DNA from: an uncultured Methanomassiliicoccales archaeon
GTDB taxonomy: Archaea > Thermoplasmatota > Thermoplasmata > Methanomassiliicoccales > Methanomethylophilaceae
Direction: 5' to 3'
Assembly: GCA_959597175.1 (NCBI GenBank)
Contig: CAUFXM010000007.1
Coordinates: forward strand, 6,450 to 70,449
Length of the DNA: 64,000 nt
Shown: positions 45,752 through 56,129 of the stretch, piece by piece
Numbering within the stretch: the first letter of the stretch is position 1
Layout of the letters: each line of letters starts with the position of its first letter
The notes under the pieces: generated by a model
What the model saw: only the letters and a program-made list of their open reading frames with translations
What the model was told of the DNA's origin: nothing
Databases searched by the model: none
Program-made: the position numbers and the translations under genes

Positions 45752-46936
45752 GTGAATTCTATGGCTGTAAAGGACCTAGAGGATCTGAAGAAGATAACGA
45801 TGCTCAGATCGCAGATCGACGGCGTATCCGTGGAGAGGGTGATGTCCGTCGATTTCCCGACGGTTTCGTCGGACGACCGCATCTCGGATGCGTTGGCGGT
45901 CATGAGGGAGACCAAGTACCAGGACGTGCCCGTCGTCGACAACGGGGAGTTCATGGGGATGGTCAGTTACGCTTCCATCCTCAGGAAGAAGAGCGTCACA
46001 CTGGACGCCAAGGTCAAGAACTTCATCCGCCAGCTCCCTTCGGTGTCCCCGGACATGGAGATCACCAAGATCTCGGAGTACATGGTGTCCAACAACTGCC
46101 GCCAGCTGCCCGTCGTCAACGGGAAGAGGGTGGTCGGGATCATCAGGAGGACCAAGCTCATCGAGATCGTCAGGGACATCAAGGCCCTGAAGGAGATCAA
46201 GGTCTGGGAGATCATGAGTAACCCCGTCGAGTCCGTCAAGGTGAACGACCTGATGGACGATGCGCTGGCCCTCATGATCCGCGAGGACTACAGGACCATC
46301 CCGGTCGTCAACGAGACCAACAACGTGGTGGGCATCGTCGGCATGAGGGAGATCATCGACAACAACTGGAAGAAGGACAACAAGACCATCGGGGACCTGG
46401 AGAAGAGCTCCCGCTCCCAGATCACCGTGGAGTCCATCGCCCTCACGTCGGTGAAGACCATCCAGTGGGACAGCGACATCTCCGTCGCCGTGGACATGAT
46501 GGTGGACAACAAGATCTCCACCCTGCCGGTGGTCGAGGGCAAGGACCTGGTGGGGGTCATCACCGAGTACGACATCATCGAGCTCCTCGCCGCTTGCAGG
46601 GAGAGGGACATGCTGCTCGTGCAGATCAGCGGTCTGGAGGACGACGAGAAGGACGCCACCGAGGCCATCTACGCGGACATCGAATCCATGGTGTCCAAGA
46701 TCTCCAAGATCTACAAGCCGGAGTCCCTGACCATGCACGTGTCCCGCTACAACGACACCGGAGGCAACTTCAAGTACAGCATCAGTGCCAGGCTCTTCAT
46801 CAACGGGGAGGCGGTCATGATGAAGGAGGTGGGCTGGGACCTGATCCAGACCGCATCCGACCTGATCACCAAGCTCGAGGACGCCGTCATCAACATGAAG
46901 GACTCGAAGGTCACGTTCAGGAAGAGGAAGAAGTGA
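45752..46936 (+). CDS. CBS-domain protein (four CBS motifs + about 110-aa C-domain)
   Basis: Repeated CBS pattern (VPVVD, LPVVN, IPVVN, LPVVE). Confidence 0.75.
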   Translation: MNSMAVKDLEDLKKITMLRSQIDGVSVERVMSVDFPTVSSDDRISDALAVMRETKYQDVPVVDNGEFMGMVSYASILRKKSVTLDAKVKNFIRQLPSVSPDMEITKISEYMVSNNCRQLPVVNGKRVVGIIRRTKLIEIVRDIKALKEIKVWEIMSNPVESVKVNDLMDDALALMIREDYRTIPVVNETNNVVGIVGMREIIDNNWKKDNKTIGDLEKSSRSQITVESIALTSVKTIQWDSDISVAVDMMVDNKISTLPVVEGKDLVGVITEYDIIELLAACRERDMLLVQISGLEDDEKDATEAIYADIESMVSKISKIYKPESLTMHVSRYNDTGGNFKYSISARLFINGEAVMMKEVGWDLIQTASDLITKLEDAVINMKDSKVTFRKRKK

Positions 46937-46953
46937 GGTCATCCGACCCTCTG

Positions 46954-47023
46954 CCGTCCAACGGGGACGGATAAACCCCCCGCGGTTTCCCGCGGGGGTA
47001 AAACCCGCCCGGCTCTGCCGGGC
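46954..47023. terminator. three consecutive GC hairpins between convergent genes
   Basis: ccgtcc..ggacgg (46954..46970); cccccgcgg-tttc-ccgcggggg (46977..46998); gcccggc-tct-gccgggc (47007..47023). Confidence 0.45.
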
Positions 47024-47031
47024 ATTATCGT

Positions 47032-48231
47032 TTACTGCTTCTTGAGCATCTTGCCGCACCTGGGGCACCAGTCTGCGTTGGCGGGGACGGCGCATCCGCA
47101 GTCGGGGCACAGCACGTCCTCGGAGGACACGTCCACGGTCCCGTCGCGATGGACGACCTCGTTCTCGGTGGAGTCGAACTTGGCTCCGCACCTGGGGCAC
47201 TCGGTGGCGTCGGAGGGGACCTCGGCGCCGCACTCGGAGCACTGGAAGAAGTCCTTCTTCTTCACCCTCAGCTCATCGGGGACGTCGATGTATGCCCCGC
47301 ACTTCCTGCAGTTGATCTCGCCCGGGAGCACCATGGCCCCGCACTCCTTGCATCTGCCGTATCCCTGGGGGTACAGCCTGCCCTCGGCCTCCATCCTCTT
47401 GCGGGTCTTCTGGGCGCTGCTCCTCATGAGGTGGGAGAACACCAGGATCACGATGAACACGATGATCGTGATCACGGTGATGTACAGGGAGTTCTCCAGA
47501 GCGAGTCCCATGTACGAGTGGTTGCCCTCGTTGATGAGGACCTGGTAGAACGCGTTGCTGGTGTTCTCGACGGTTCCGATAACGGCGACGTAGATGCCGT
47601 CGTCCAGGCCCAGGTCGGAGACCGTCACGGAGTACCGATTGTCCCCCAGCGGTGTCACGGAAACGTCGTAGCTGATGCTGTGGCTCACCCCGCTCAACCG
47701 GCTCTCGTCTATCTCCCCTCCCGGTTGTATGAACAGCAGCAGATGCGAGTAGCTGTACGAGTTGAAGCTGAGCCCGTCCACATCGCCGATCTGCACCAGC
47801 ACATGGTCGGTGTCGTTGTCCAGCCTGATGGTGAACTGCATCATGTCGGGAGTCGTCTGCCCGTTCTCGTCCACGATCTCGGGGGTGTACGAGAAGTCGC
47901 TGACGCGGTCGTTCTGAAGGCTGATCCCGTTCTCGGTGTCTGCAAGGGACCCGGAGGTCACCAGCGTGCTGGCGAGCAGGGCTATGACGAAGAAGATCGC
48001 ACCTGCGAGTGCCTTGATCTTGACCGATGACACGCCCATCATGTGGGGGATCATGTACAGCACTATGGCGGCTATGAGGAAGCCGAAGCACTGGAGCCCC
48101 ATGTAGACGACCAGGATCACGGCGAGGAATATGCCGGCGATGATGGCGATCCACTGTTTGTTGGTGAGGGCGCGGAACTCATCCGAGAGTCCTGCAAGCG
48201 GTGAGCTCCTGCCCTTCGCGATTTCAGTCAT
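47032..48231 (-). CDS. membrane protein with three C-terminal zinc-ribbon modules
   Basis: N-terminal TM helices, central domain, TM, then CKECG..CRKCG, CSECG..CPRCG, CPDCG..CPRCG. Confidence 0.6.
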   Translation of the reverse strand: MTEIAKGRSSPLAGLSDEFRALTNKQWIAIIAGIFLAVILVVYMGLQCFGFLIAAIVLYMIPHMMGVSSVKIKALAGAIFFVIALLASTLVTSGSLADTENGISLQNDRVSDFSYTPEIVDENGQTTPDMMQFTIRLDNDTDHVLVQIGDVDGLSFNSYSYSHLLLFIQPGGEIDESRLSGVSHSISYDVSVTPLGDNRYSVTVSDLGLDDGIYVAVIGTVENTSNAFYQVLINEGNHSYMGLALENSLYITVITIIVFIVILVFSHLMRSSAQKTRKRMEAEGRLYPQGYGRCKECGAMVLPGEINCRKCGAYIDVPDELRVKKKDFFQCSECGAEVPSDATECPRCGAKFDSTENEVVHRDGTVDVSSEDVLCPDCGCAVPANADWCPRCGKMLKKQ

Positions 48232-48367
48232 TGCGGGAGGTTAGGGATTCCCCTTATAAAGATGGCGGTGGCATTGATTCGGCGTCGCGGGGCGATGTGC
48301 TCGCCGCAGGGCGCATCCAGCGTCTCGCTGGGAGCCAGTAATATAGGTGTAGGGAGATTGGGCACGC

Positions 48368-49303
48368 ATGGCACTCCTGACCCTAATATGCCCAGGCTGC
48401 GAGAAGAGCACCATCATCGACGATGACGATGACATGTCGTACTGCATGCACTGCGGCACGCGCTTCGACAGCGAAGCGGTACGCGACGCCGAATCCGTGG
48501 ATCCGGTGATCAGCGCAGCCCTCCAGATGTCAGGCGTCCTGGGGGAGTCCTTCGAGCTCAGGGACTACTCCGGAGAGCCGTGGTACCCCGAGGTGGAGGA
48601 GGTCTGCCGCATGCTGGCGGACGGCGATCCGGACGGCGCCGCCGACAAGCTCGCACAGCTGATCGACGGCAATCCGGATGCGGCAGGCGACATCGAGGCC
48701 TGCACCAGGGATGCCCTGGCCGGATGGGTCGTCGACTGCATCTCGGAGGGGGACCCGTATCCGGGCGGTATCGCCGAGGTCGCCAGGATCATCGAGGAGT
48801 ACGGGGAGGAGTCCGGGCCCAACATCTTCGTGGCGTCCATGTTCTATGCTCTCGCACAGACCCCTGAGCTCATGAGGGATGTCGGCGACGCGGGGGTCAT
48901 CGCCGAGACGCTGTTCAGCCTTCTGATGGAGTATCCGGAGGTGGAGCCGGACATCAGGGAGCAGCTGGAGCTCTGCACGGACTTCATGCATGTGAGCGGC
49001 CTCCTGATCGATGCGGCGGACTCCATGAGCGGAGACGAGGAGGAGATGGAGGATGTGAGGCAGTGGGTATACGCCCTGCAGGACTTCGTCAGGATCTTCG
49101 GCGACGCCATCTATGATGCCACAGAGGTCGGGGACGAGATGCTGGACCAGCTCACAGAGGTATGGACCGAGCAGGACATCGGTACGATAGGTGCAAACGT
49201 CAGGGATATCGCGGAGAGGTACCTGGACGGCGACATCGACGCGGACGGGACCAAGGCCGAGATCAAAGGGTTCCTGGACGACTACCTGTCCATCAAGGGC
49301 TGA
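48368..49303 (+). CDS. acidic hypothetical protein with N-terminal zinc ribbon
   Basis: CPGCEKSTIIDDDDDMSYCMHCG; divergent from 47032..48231. Confidence 0.5.
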   Translation: MALLTLICPGCEKSTIIDDDDDMSYCMHCGTRFDSEAVRDAESVDPVISAALQMSGVLGESFELRDYSGEPWYPEVEEVCRMLADGDPDGAADKLAQLIDGNPDAAGDIEACTRDALAGWVVDCISEGDPYPGGIAEVARIIEEYGEESGPNIFVASMFYALAQTPELMRDVGDAGVIAETLFSLLMEYPEVEPDIREQLELCTDFMHVSGLLIDAADSMSGDEEEMEDVRQWVYALQDFVRIFGDAIYDATEVGDEMLDQLTEVWTEQDIGTIGANVRDIAERYLDGDIDADGTKAEIKGFLDDYLSIKG

Positions 49304-49356
49304 CCGGGGATTAACCCTTAATACTGGTGGGGCTTGGAGAGGGCCGGTGCATTCCC

Positions 49357-50457
49357 ATGGCGACCATCGAGGAGCAGATAAAGGAATTGGAGGAGCAGAT
49401 CTCCAAGACCAAGTACAACAAGGCCACCGAGGGTCATATTGGGAAGCTGAAGGCGAAGATCGCCAAGCTGACCCAGGAGGAGGAGAAGAGACGTGCCTCC
49501 AAGGGTCCCACAAAGGGCTTCTACGTCAAGAAGGCGGGCAACGCGACGGTGGCTCTCGTCGGATTCCCGTCCGTGGGTAAATCGACCCTCCTCAACCAGC
49601 TCACAGGCGCGAAATCGGAGGTCGGAGCGTACCATTTCACAACTCTGGATGTGGTCCCCGGGGTGATGGAGTACAACCATGCCAAGATCCAGATCCTCGA
49701 CATGCCCGGTCTCATCAAGGACGCGTCCCGCGGCAAGGGTCGCGGAAGGGAGGTCATCGCGGCCGCAAGGTCCGCAGACGTCATCCTGCTGGTGGTGGAC
49801 ATCTTCAACCCCAACATGAACGTGCTCTTCAAGGAGCTCTACAACGCCGGCATACGTCTTAACCAGAAGAAGCCGGACGTGGTCATCACCCATTCGGACC
49901 ATGGGGGCATCCTCGTGAAGCCGACCCTGAAGCTCACGAAGATCGATGTCGAGACCATCAAGGACATGACGTCCGCCTACGGCCACGTCAATGCCACGGT
50001 CGTCGTCCGCGAGGACATCGACGTGGAGCAGATGCTGGATGTTCTCGCCGGGAACAGGGTATACATCAAGGCGATCATGGCCATCAACAAGGTCGATCTG
50101 GCGAAGCCCGGACAGCTGGAGGCCGTGATGGAGATGCACAAGCAGTACCGCTGCGTGCCCATCTCCGCCGCCACCGGCTACGGCATCGACGATCTCAAGC
50201 AGGGGCTTTACGACACCATAGACATGATCAGGATCTATCTCAAGCCCCAGGGCCAGGAGGCCGACATGGACATCCCTCTGATCGTCAAGCGCGGGAACAC
50301 AGTCGGGGATGTGTGCGAGCTGATCCACAGGGACTTCAAGAACAACTTCCGCTACGCGATGATATGGGGGACCAGCGCCAAGTTCCCTGGGCAGACCGTC
50401 GGGATGGACCATGTGGTCAACGATCAGGACATCGTGTGCATAATAGTCAAGAGATGA
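49357..50457 (+). CDS. DRG-family (Obg-like) GTPase with C-terminal TGS domain
   Basis: ATG 49357 (MATIEEQIKELE); GFPSVGKSTLLN, DMPG, NKVD motifs. Confidence 0.9.
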   Translation: MATIEEQIKELEEQISKTKYNKATEGHIGKLKAKIAKLTQEEEKRRASKGPTKGFYVKKAGNATVALVGFPSVGKSTLLNQLTGAKSEVGAYHFTTLDVVPGVMEYNHAKIQILDMPGLIKDASRGKGRGREVIAAARSADVILLVVDIFNPNMNVLFKELYNAGIRLNQKKPDVVITHSDHGGILVKPTLKLTKIDVETIKDMTSAYGHVNATVVVREDIDVEQMLDVLAGNRVYIKAIMAINKVDLAKPGQLEAVMEMHKQYRCVPISAATGYGIDDLKQGLYDTIDMIRIYLKPQGQEADMDIPLIVKRGNTVGDVCELIHRDFKNNFRYAMIWGTSAKFPGQTVGMDHVVNDQDIVCIIVKR

Positions 50458-50544
50458 GCTCACTGTCTGTGTTCGGACATCCAAAGTTTCACGCGTCCAT
50501 TGCTTGACAATACTGTTATCAACCCCTCGCCCTTCCCTTCATCC

Positions 50545-51465
50545 ATGGCTAAGAGAGACTTGATTTCCGTTTCCGACATGCAGGACAAGTGGCCCGAGAT
50601 GGTCGATCTCGCCATCAGGCTCAAGGCCGAACGCGGTCACCACGGCGATCCCCTGAAGGGTAAGACCCTCGCCATGATCTTCGAGAAGCCCAGCACCCGC
50701 ACCAGGATATCCTTCGATGTGGCGATCACCGAGCTCGGGGGTCATGCGCTGTACATCGACGAGTCCAAGATGCAGATGGGTGTCCACAGCGAGACAGTAG
50801 AGGACACCGCCCGTGTCATGAGCAGGTTCGTACACGGAATCATGTACCGCGCCTTCGACTACAAGATGATGGACAAGTTCGGGGAGTACGCCACAGTCCC
50901 AGTCATCAGCGGACTGGACAACCTCGAGCATCCCTGCCAGGCACTGGCGGACATGGTCACCATCAAGGAGAAGCTCGGAGGGTTCCGCGGCAAGAAGCTG
51001 GTGTACCTGGGTGACGGCAACAACGTGTGCAACTCCCTGCTTTACGCCTGCGCCATCATGGGGATCGACATGGTGGCCTGCTGCCCCGCCGTCAGGATGC
51101 CCAACGCCGAGATCATGTGGAAGGCATCCAAGATCGCGGAGTCGAACGGCTCACAGATCATCGCCTCCCACGATCCCCAGGAGGCCTGCGTGGACGCCGA
51201 TGTCCTGTACACCGACACCTGGATCTCCATGGGCGACAAGACCCCCGAGGAGGAGGCCATCAAGCTGTTCCAGGCCTACCAGATCAACGACGACCTCCTC
51301 AAGATCGCCAAGCCCACATGCATCGTGATGCACTGCCTCCCCGCCCACAGGGGCCAGGAGATCACCAACGAGGTCATGGAGGGCCCGCACAGCGTGGTCT
51401 TCGACCAGGCCGAGAACCGTCTGCACGCGCAGAAGGCCGTGCTGTACACCCTGATGAAGGATTGA
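50545..51465 (+). CDS. argF: ornithine carbamoyltransferase
   Basis: ATG 50545; STRTRISF, HPCQALAD, DTWISMG, HCLPAHRG motifs. Confidence 0.9.
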   Translation: MAKRDLISVSDMQDKWPEMVDLAIRLKAERGHHGDPLKGKTLAMIFEKPSTRTRISFDVAITELGGHALYIDESKMQMGVHSETVEDTARVMSRFVHGIMYRAFDYKMMDKFGEYATVPVISGLDNLEHPCQALADMVTIKEKLGGFRGKKLVYLGDGNNVCNSLLYACAIMGIDMVACCPAVRMPNAEIMWKASKIAESNGSQIIASHDPQEACVDADVLYTDTWISMGDKTPEEEAIKLFQAYQINDDLLKIAKPTCIVMHCLPAHRGQEITNEVMEGPHSVVFDQAENRLHAQKAVLYTLMKD

Positions 51466-51529
51466 ATAAGATTTACGGCTGAAGGCCGGGCCGGCGTCCC
51501 CCCTCCATTATAGGGCGCCGGCGCAACCC

Positions 51530-52720
51530 TCATACGGTCCCGACGGCCCCGGACGGGGTTCCTCTAGGGGCCGCGAGCATCCGCCGTCTCACCACGATCG
51601 CCACCACAGCCAGCGCCAGGAAGGCCAGCGCGCAGGGGATCAGGTCCTGCAGGTTCGTCTGGTCCGCCACCAGCATCATCCCGCACACAGACGTCCCCAC
51701 GGTGACGCCCATGTTGCTCAGGCTCAGGTACAGCCCGTTGGAGAACTCCTTGGCCTCCATCGCCACGGACACCACGAAATGCTGCTGGAGGTTGTTGACG
51801 ATCCCGTTGGCCAGCCCCCAGACCAGGATGATGAGCATCATAGGGACGATCATGTTCCCGACCGAGAACAGCAGTACGTACACGATCCCCATGATGAGCG
51901 GGCACAGCAGGGACAGCCTGTAGGCGTGGCCGTCCAGCTGCCTTCCGGCCACCAGGTTCCCCACGATGCTCATGGCGCCGAAAGCTAGGAGGACCGCGCT
52001 GAGGTAGGCGGTCGGTACGCCGGTGATGATCTCCAGGAACTCGGAGATGTAGCTGTAGACGCCGTACGTCCCGGCGGTGAGCAGCATCGTGCACGCCAGG
52101 GACATCCAGAGTACAGGTTTCCTCAGTATGCGGACCTGGCTCCTGTAGTCCACGTGCCCGGTCGGCCTCATGGGAGGCATCACGGCAAGGAGGGCGACCA
52201 GCGCCACGGCGTCGATCGCCGCCATGAAGAGCATCCCGACGTCGAACCCGAACGCCTCCACGACGAGGGTGGTCACCGGCACCCCGAGGATCATCCCCGC
52301 CGAGAAGCCGGTGATGATCATCGACACGTTGCGGGTCACCCTGCCGGGTTCGGACACGTCCGCGGCCACCGACAGCGCGAACGAGCAGAACAGCGGGTGG
52401 GTGGCGGCCATGCAGACGCGGGCGGCAAGGAACGTAGCGAAATCCGGCGCCAGCATCGCGGATACGTTCCCGGCGGTGAACACCGTCAGCGTCAGCGCCA
52501 TGACCTTCTTGCGGTCGTATCTCGAAGCAAGCATCGGCGCCACCAGCGCGGAGACCATGATCGTCATCGCGAAGGCGCTCACGGCGAGCCCCGCCTCCGA
52601 GGTCGTGAGTCCGAAGCGGTCGGCGATCTCCGGGAGGATCCCTATGGAGCTCATCTCGGTGTTCAGTATCCCGAACGCGCCCAGCATCAGAACCGGTATC
52701 AGCAGTCTGCCCCTGTCCAT
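51530..52720 (-). CDS. MFS transporter
   Basis: 396 aa, about 12 TM. Confidence 0.8.
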   Translation of the reverse strand: MDRGRLLIPVLMLGAFGILNTEMSSIGILPEIADRFGLTTSEAGLAVSAFAMTIMVSALVAPMLASRYDRKKVMALTLTVFTAGNVSAMLAPDFATFLAARVCMAATHPLFCSFALSVAADVSEPGRVTRNVSMIITGFSAGMILGVPVTTLVVEAFGFDVGMLFMAAIDAVALVALLAVMPPMRPTGHVDYRSQVRILRKPVLWMSLACTMLLTAGTYGVYSYISEFLEIITGVPTAYLSAVLLAFGAMSIVGNLVAGRQLDGHAYRLSLLCPLIMGIVYVLLFSVGNMIVPMMLIILVWGLANGIVNNLQQHFVVSVAMEAKEFSNGLYLSLSNMGVTVGTSVCGMMLVADQTNLQDLIPCALAFLALAVVAIVVRRRMLAAPRGTPSGAVGTV

Positions 52721-52863
52721 CGTATCACTCCGTTATTCTGAAATTCGATTTCATATGTATGATATTCAGAATTTCGATGACATATATAAGATATTCCCAA
52801 CAGGAATAGTTATAATCAGATATCCGATATGACGATAACATAGCGGTGTCCGGAGGCGGATGG

Positions 52864-53688
52864 ATGGAGTACGTGGAGCTCAACAACGGCGTGATGATGC
52901 CCATGGTCGGTTTCGGGACATGGGACCTGAGGGGAGAATCGGGTAGAAGGGCGATCCTCGACGCCCTCGATTCCGGGTACCGCCTGATCGACACCGCCCG
53001 TATGTACGGGAACGAGGGCATCGTGGGGGAGGCGATCCGCGAGAGCAGTGTCCCCAGAGACCAGGTGTTCGTGACCACCAAGATATACCAGCCGTGCATC
53101 ACCCGCCGGAAGGCGGCCGAGGCCATCGACGACTCCCTGAGGAGGATGGGGCTCGATTACATCGATATGGTCCTGGTCCACGAGCCGTATCCCACGTCGT
53201 CGGAGATGTTCGGGGCCATCGTGGACGCGGTGGAAGAGGGGAAGGTCAGAGCCGCCGGAGTGTCAAACTTCGACGAGGATCTGTGCCGCAGGGTCTCGGA
53301 ATGCGGAACGGTCCCGGCGGTGAACCAGGTGGAGTCCCACGTATACTTCCCCCAGCTCTCCCTGAGGGATCTGATGATGGGGATGGGGACGGTCATGCAG
53401 TCATGGGGGCCGTTCACCGAGGGCCGTATGGACATATTCAACGACCCGGTTCTCAAGGGGATAGCGGAGGGCTGCGGAAGGACCGTGGCCCAGGTGGCGC
53501 TTAGGTACCTGGTCCAGAACGGGATCCCGGTGATACCCAAGTCCTCCCGGAGGGAGAGGATGGAGGAGAACCTAGGGGTCCTGGATTTCGAGCTTTCCGC
53601 CTCGGACATGAAGGAGATTTCGAAGCTGGACGGGGGCAGGTCCCTGTTCGGATGGTACCGATGCGAGGATGTGACGACATGGATGTGA
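52864..53688 (+). CDS. aldo/keto reductase (diketogulonate-reductase-like)
   Basis: ATG 52864 (MEYVELNNGVMMPMVGFGTW); IDTARMYGNE, VSNF, IPKS motifs; ORF opens at GTG 52846. Confidence 0.85.
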   Translation: MEYVELNNGVMMPMVGFGTWDLRGESGRRAILDALDSGYRLIDTARMYGNEGIVGEAIRESSVPRDQVFVTTKIYQPCITRRKAAEAIDDSLRRMGLDYIDMVLVHEPYPTSSEMFGAIVDAVEEGKVRAAGVSNFDEDLCRRVSECGTVPAVNQVESHVYFPQLSLRDLMMGMGTVMQSWGPFTEGRMDIFNDPVLKGIAEGCGRTVAQVALRYLVQNGIPVIPKSSRRERMEENLGVLDFELSASDMKEISKLDGGRSLFGWYRCEDVTTWM

Positions 53689-54572
53689 AGATACTGCGCA
53701 ACTTCCTGGAGGTCGCGGCCACCGGCAGCGTGACTAAGGCGGCCTCCAACCTGGGGATATCCCAGCCCACCCTGTCCAAGCAGATCAAGGATCTGGAGGC
53801 GGAGCTGGGGTGCAAGCTGTTCGTGAGGAGCAGCTACAGCGTGAGGCTCACCGAGGAGGGCATGGTGCTCCGCAGGCGCGCCGAGGACATCGTCGGCATG
53901 GTGGACACCGCCGTGGAGGAGATACGCTCCATGGACGGGGGGTCCGGAGGGGACATCCGCGTGGGATGCGCCGAATCCTAGGGGATAAGGCATCTGGCAA
54001 GGTGCTTCGGGGAGCTGCGGGAGCAGAACCCGGGGATGCGCCTGCATCTGTACAGCGGGAACACGGAGGACCTTTCCGCCCGTCTGGAGGGAGGGTTCCT
54101 GGACTTCGCCGTCCTCGCCCAGGAGGCCGACCTGGACAGGTACGAGGCGATACGCTTCCCGTGCACGGACAGATGGGGGATCGTGATGAAGGACGATTCA
54201 CCGCTCGCCTCCAAGAAGTCGGTGACCCTCGACGACCTGGAGGGGCTGCCGCTGATCTGCTCCCGCCAGGGTGTGGAGGCGGACCTGCCGGCCTGGCTGA
54301 GGGAGCGCGTGGATCATGTCGGGGTGGTGGCCACCTTCAACCTCGCGTACAACGGAGGCGTCATGGTACGGGAGGGGCTTGGGTACATGCTGGTCTTCGA
54401 CGGGCTGGTGTCCACTCTTCCGGGCAGCGGCCTGTGCTTCAGGCCCATCAGCCCTGTGGTGGAGACCCCGCTGTACGTTGTCTGGAAGAGGGGCAGGACA
54501 CCCTCGCCCGCGGCGTCCATGCTTCTGGACATGATGAGGGAGGAGTTCGGTTCCGGCGACCGAGGGGATTGA
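53679..54572 (+). CDS. LysR-family transcriptional regulator interrupted by one in-frame TAG (53979..53981)
   Basis: HTH FLEVAATGSVTKAASNLGISQPTLSKQIKDLE; ORFs 53652..53981 and 54036..54572 share a frame with no other stop between; ...RVGCAES[TAG]GIRHLARCFGELREQNPGMRLHLYSGN reads as a continuous LysR substrate-binding domain. Confidence 0.75.
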
Positions 54573-54776
54573 TCGCGGGTTGCGGGATGCCTGGACAAAG
54601 ATGATCCCCGTCAGATCCGACCATCGACGACTGCGAAGAGGTTTTCGTCACATCCATCCAGGGTCCTGATGACCTTGACCATGGCTCTGTCCGCAGGTGA
54701 ATGCAACAACAGTTTAATCGCTCCGGACCGTTCCGAGCATCCAAGGTTCCTCCGGGAACAAAGAAAGGCGTTCACC

Positions 54777-56129
54777 ATGGAGCAGACCACACTCTTCGAC
54801 CGTCCAGACAGGGAGGGAGCGGCTTCGGGCGCGAGGCCGGCAAACGAGCCGCTGGCGTCCCGCATGCGTCCGGAGACGCTGGAGGATTTCGTGGGGCAGG
54901 AGCACCTGCTCGGGGAGGGGAAGCTGCTCAGGGCCCTCATAGAGGGCGACAGCATAACGTCGATGGTCCTCTGGGGTCCCCCGGGGGTGGGGAAGACCAC
55001 GCTCGCCAGGATCATCGCCCGCCGCACCAGCATGAGGTTCGTGATCTTCTCGGCGGTGACCTCCGGAATCGGGGAGTTACGCGAGGTCATGAGGGCGGCG
55101 GAGGAGTGCCGCAGGAGGGGCGTCCGCACCATACTCTTCGTGGACGAGATCCATCGCTTCAACAAGGCCCAGCAGGATGCCTTCCTACCGTACGTGGAGA
55201 AGGGCTCCATCATCCTCATCGGGGCCACGACCGAGAACCCGTCCTTCGAGCTCAACGGCGCTCTGCTGTCCCGGCTCAGGGTGTTCGTGCTGAATCCCCT
55301 CAGCGCGGACGAGCTGGTGAGGGTCCTCACGAGGGCGCTGGAGACGGACCGCGTCCTGAGGGAGGTCCGCATAGATGTCTCCGACGAGACTCTGCACATC
55401 ATCGCCGACTACTCCAAGGGGGATGCCAGGGCCGCCCTGAACATGCTGGAGACCGCAGTGTCCAGCGGGGACGTGGTGGACTGGGGAATCCGCATCGACG
55501 AGAACGTTCTGAGGAGGGTGCTGGACAGGAAGTCCCTCATCTACGACAAGAGCGGGGAGGAGCACTTCCAGGTCATATCCGCGTTGCACGAGTCCATGCG
55601 CAACAGCGATGTGAACGCTGCCCTGTTCTGGCTCGCCAGGATGCTGGAGGCCGGGGAGGACCCAGTGTGGGTGGCCAGGAGGATAGCCGTGTCCGCGGCC
55701 ACGGACGTGGGGCTGGCCGACACCAACGCCCTCTCCGTGGCCATGGACGCACTCCAGGCCGCCAGGGTGATAGGCATGCCGGAGTGCGCCGTCTTCCTGG
55801 CCGAGGCCGTGGTCTACATCTGCCTCGCCCCCAGGTCCAACAGCGTCCAACGCGCCTACATCATGGCGAAGCGGGACGCCCGCGTCCACGACTGCGAGCA
55901 CATCCCCATGGCGATCCGCGCTGCCTATACCAGACTGCAGGAGCAGCTTGACTACGGTGGTGGATACGTCAACCCCCATATGACGGAGGACAAGCTCGCC
56001 GACATGCAGTGCATGCCGGACGCCCTGGTCGGGAGGGAGTACTACTTCCCCACGGACCTGGGGGACGAGGGCAGACTCGGTGCGCGTTACGCGGAAATAA
56101 AGCAGTGGAAGATGGAGCACAGGTCCTGA
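54777..56129 (+). CDS. rarA: replication-associated recombination protein A (RarA/MgsA AAA+ ATPase)
   Basis: ATG 54777; RPETLEDFVGQEHLLG, GPPGVGKTTLA, LFVDEIHRFNK motifs. Confidence 0.9.
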   Translation: MEQTTLFDRPDREGAASGARPANEPLASRMRPETLEDFVGQEHLLGEGKLLRALIEGDSITSMVLWGPPGVGKTTLARIIARRTSMRFVIFSAVTSGIGELREVMRAAEECRRRGVRTILFVDEIHRFNKAQQDAFLPYVEKGSIILIGATTENPSFELNGALLSRLRVFVLNPLSADELVRVLTRALETDRVLREVRIDVSDETLHIIADYSKGDARAALNMLETAVSSGDVVDWGIRIDENVLRRVLDRKSLIYDKSGEEHFQVISALHESMRNSDVNAALFWLARMLEAGEDPVWVARRIAVSAATDVGLADTNALSVAMDALQAARVIGMPECAVFLAEAVVYICLAPRSNSVQRAYIMAKRDARVHDCEHIPMAIRAAYTRLQEQLDYGGGYVNPHMTEDKLADMQCMPDALVGREYYFPTDLGDEGRLGARYAEIKQWKMEHRS

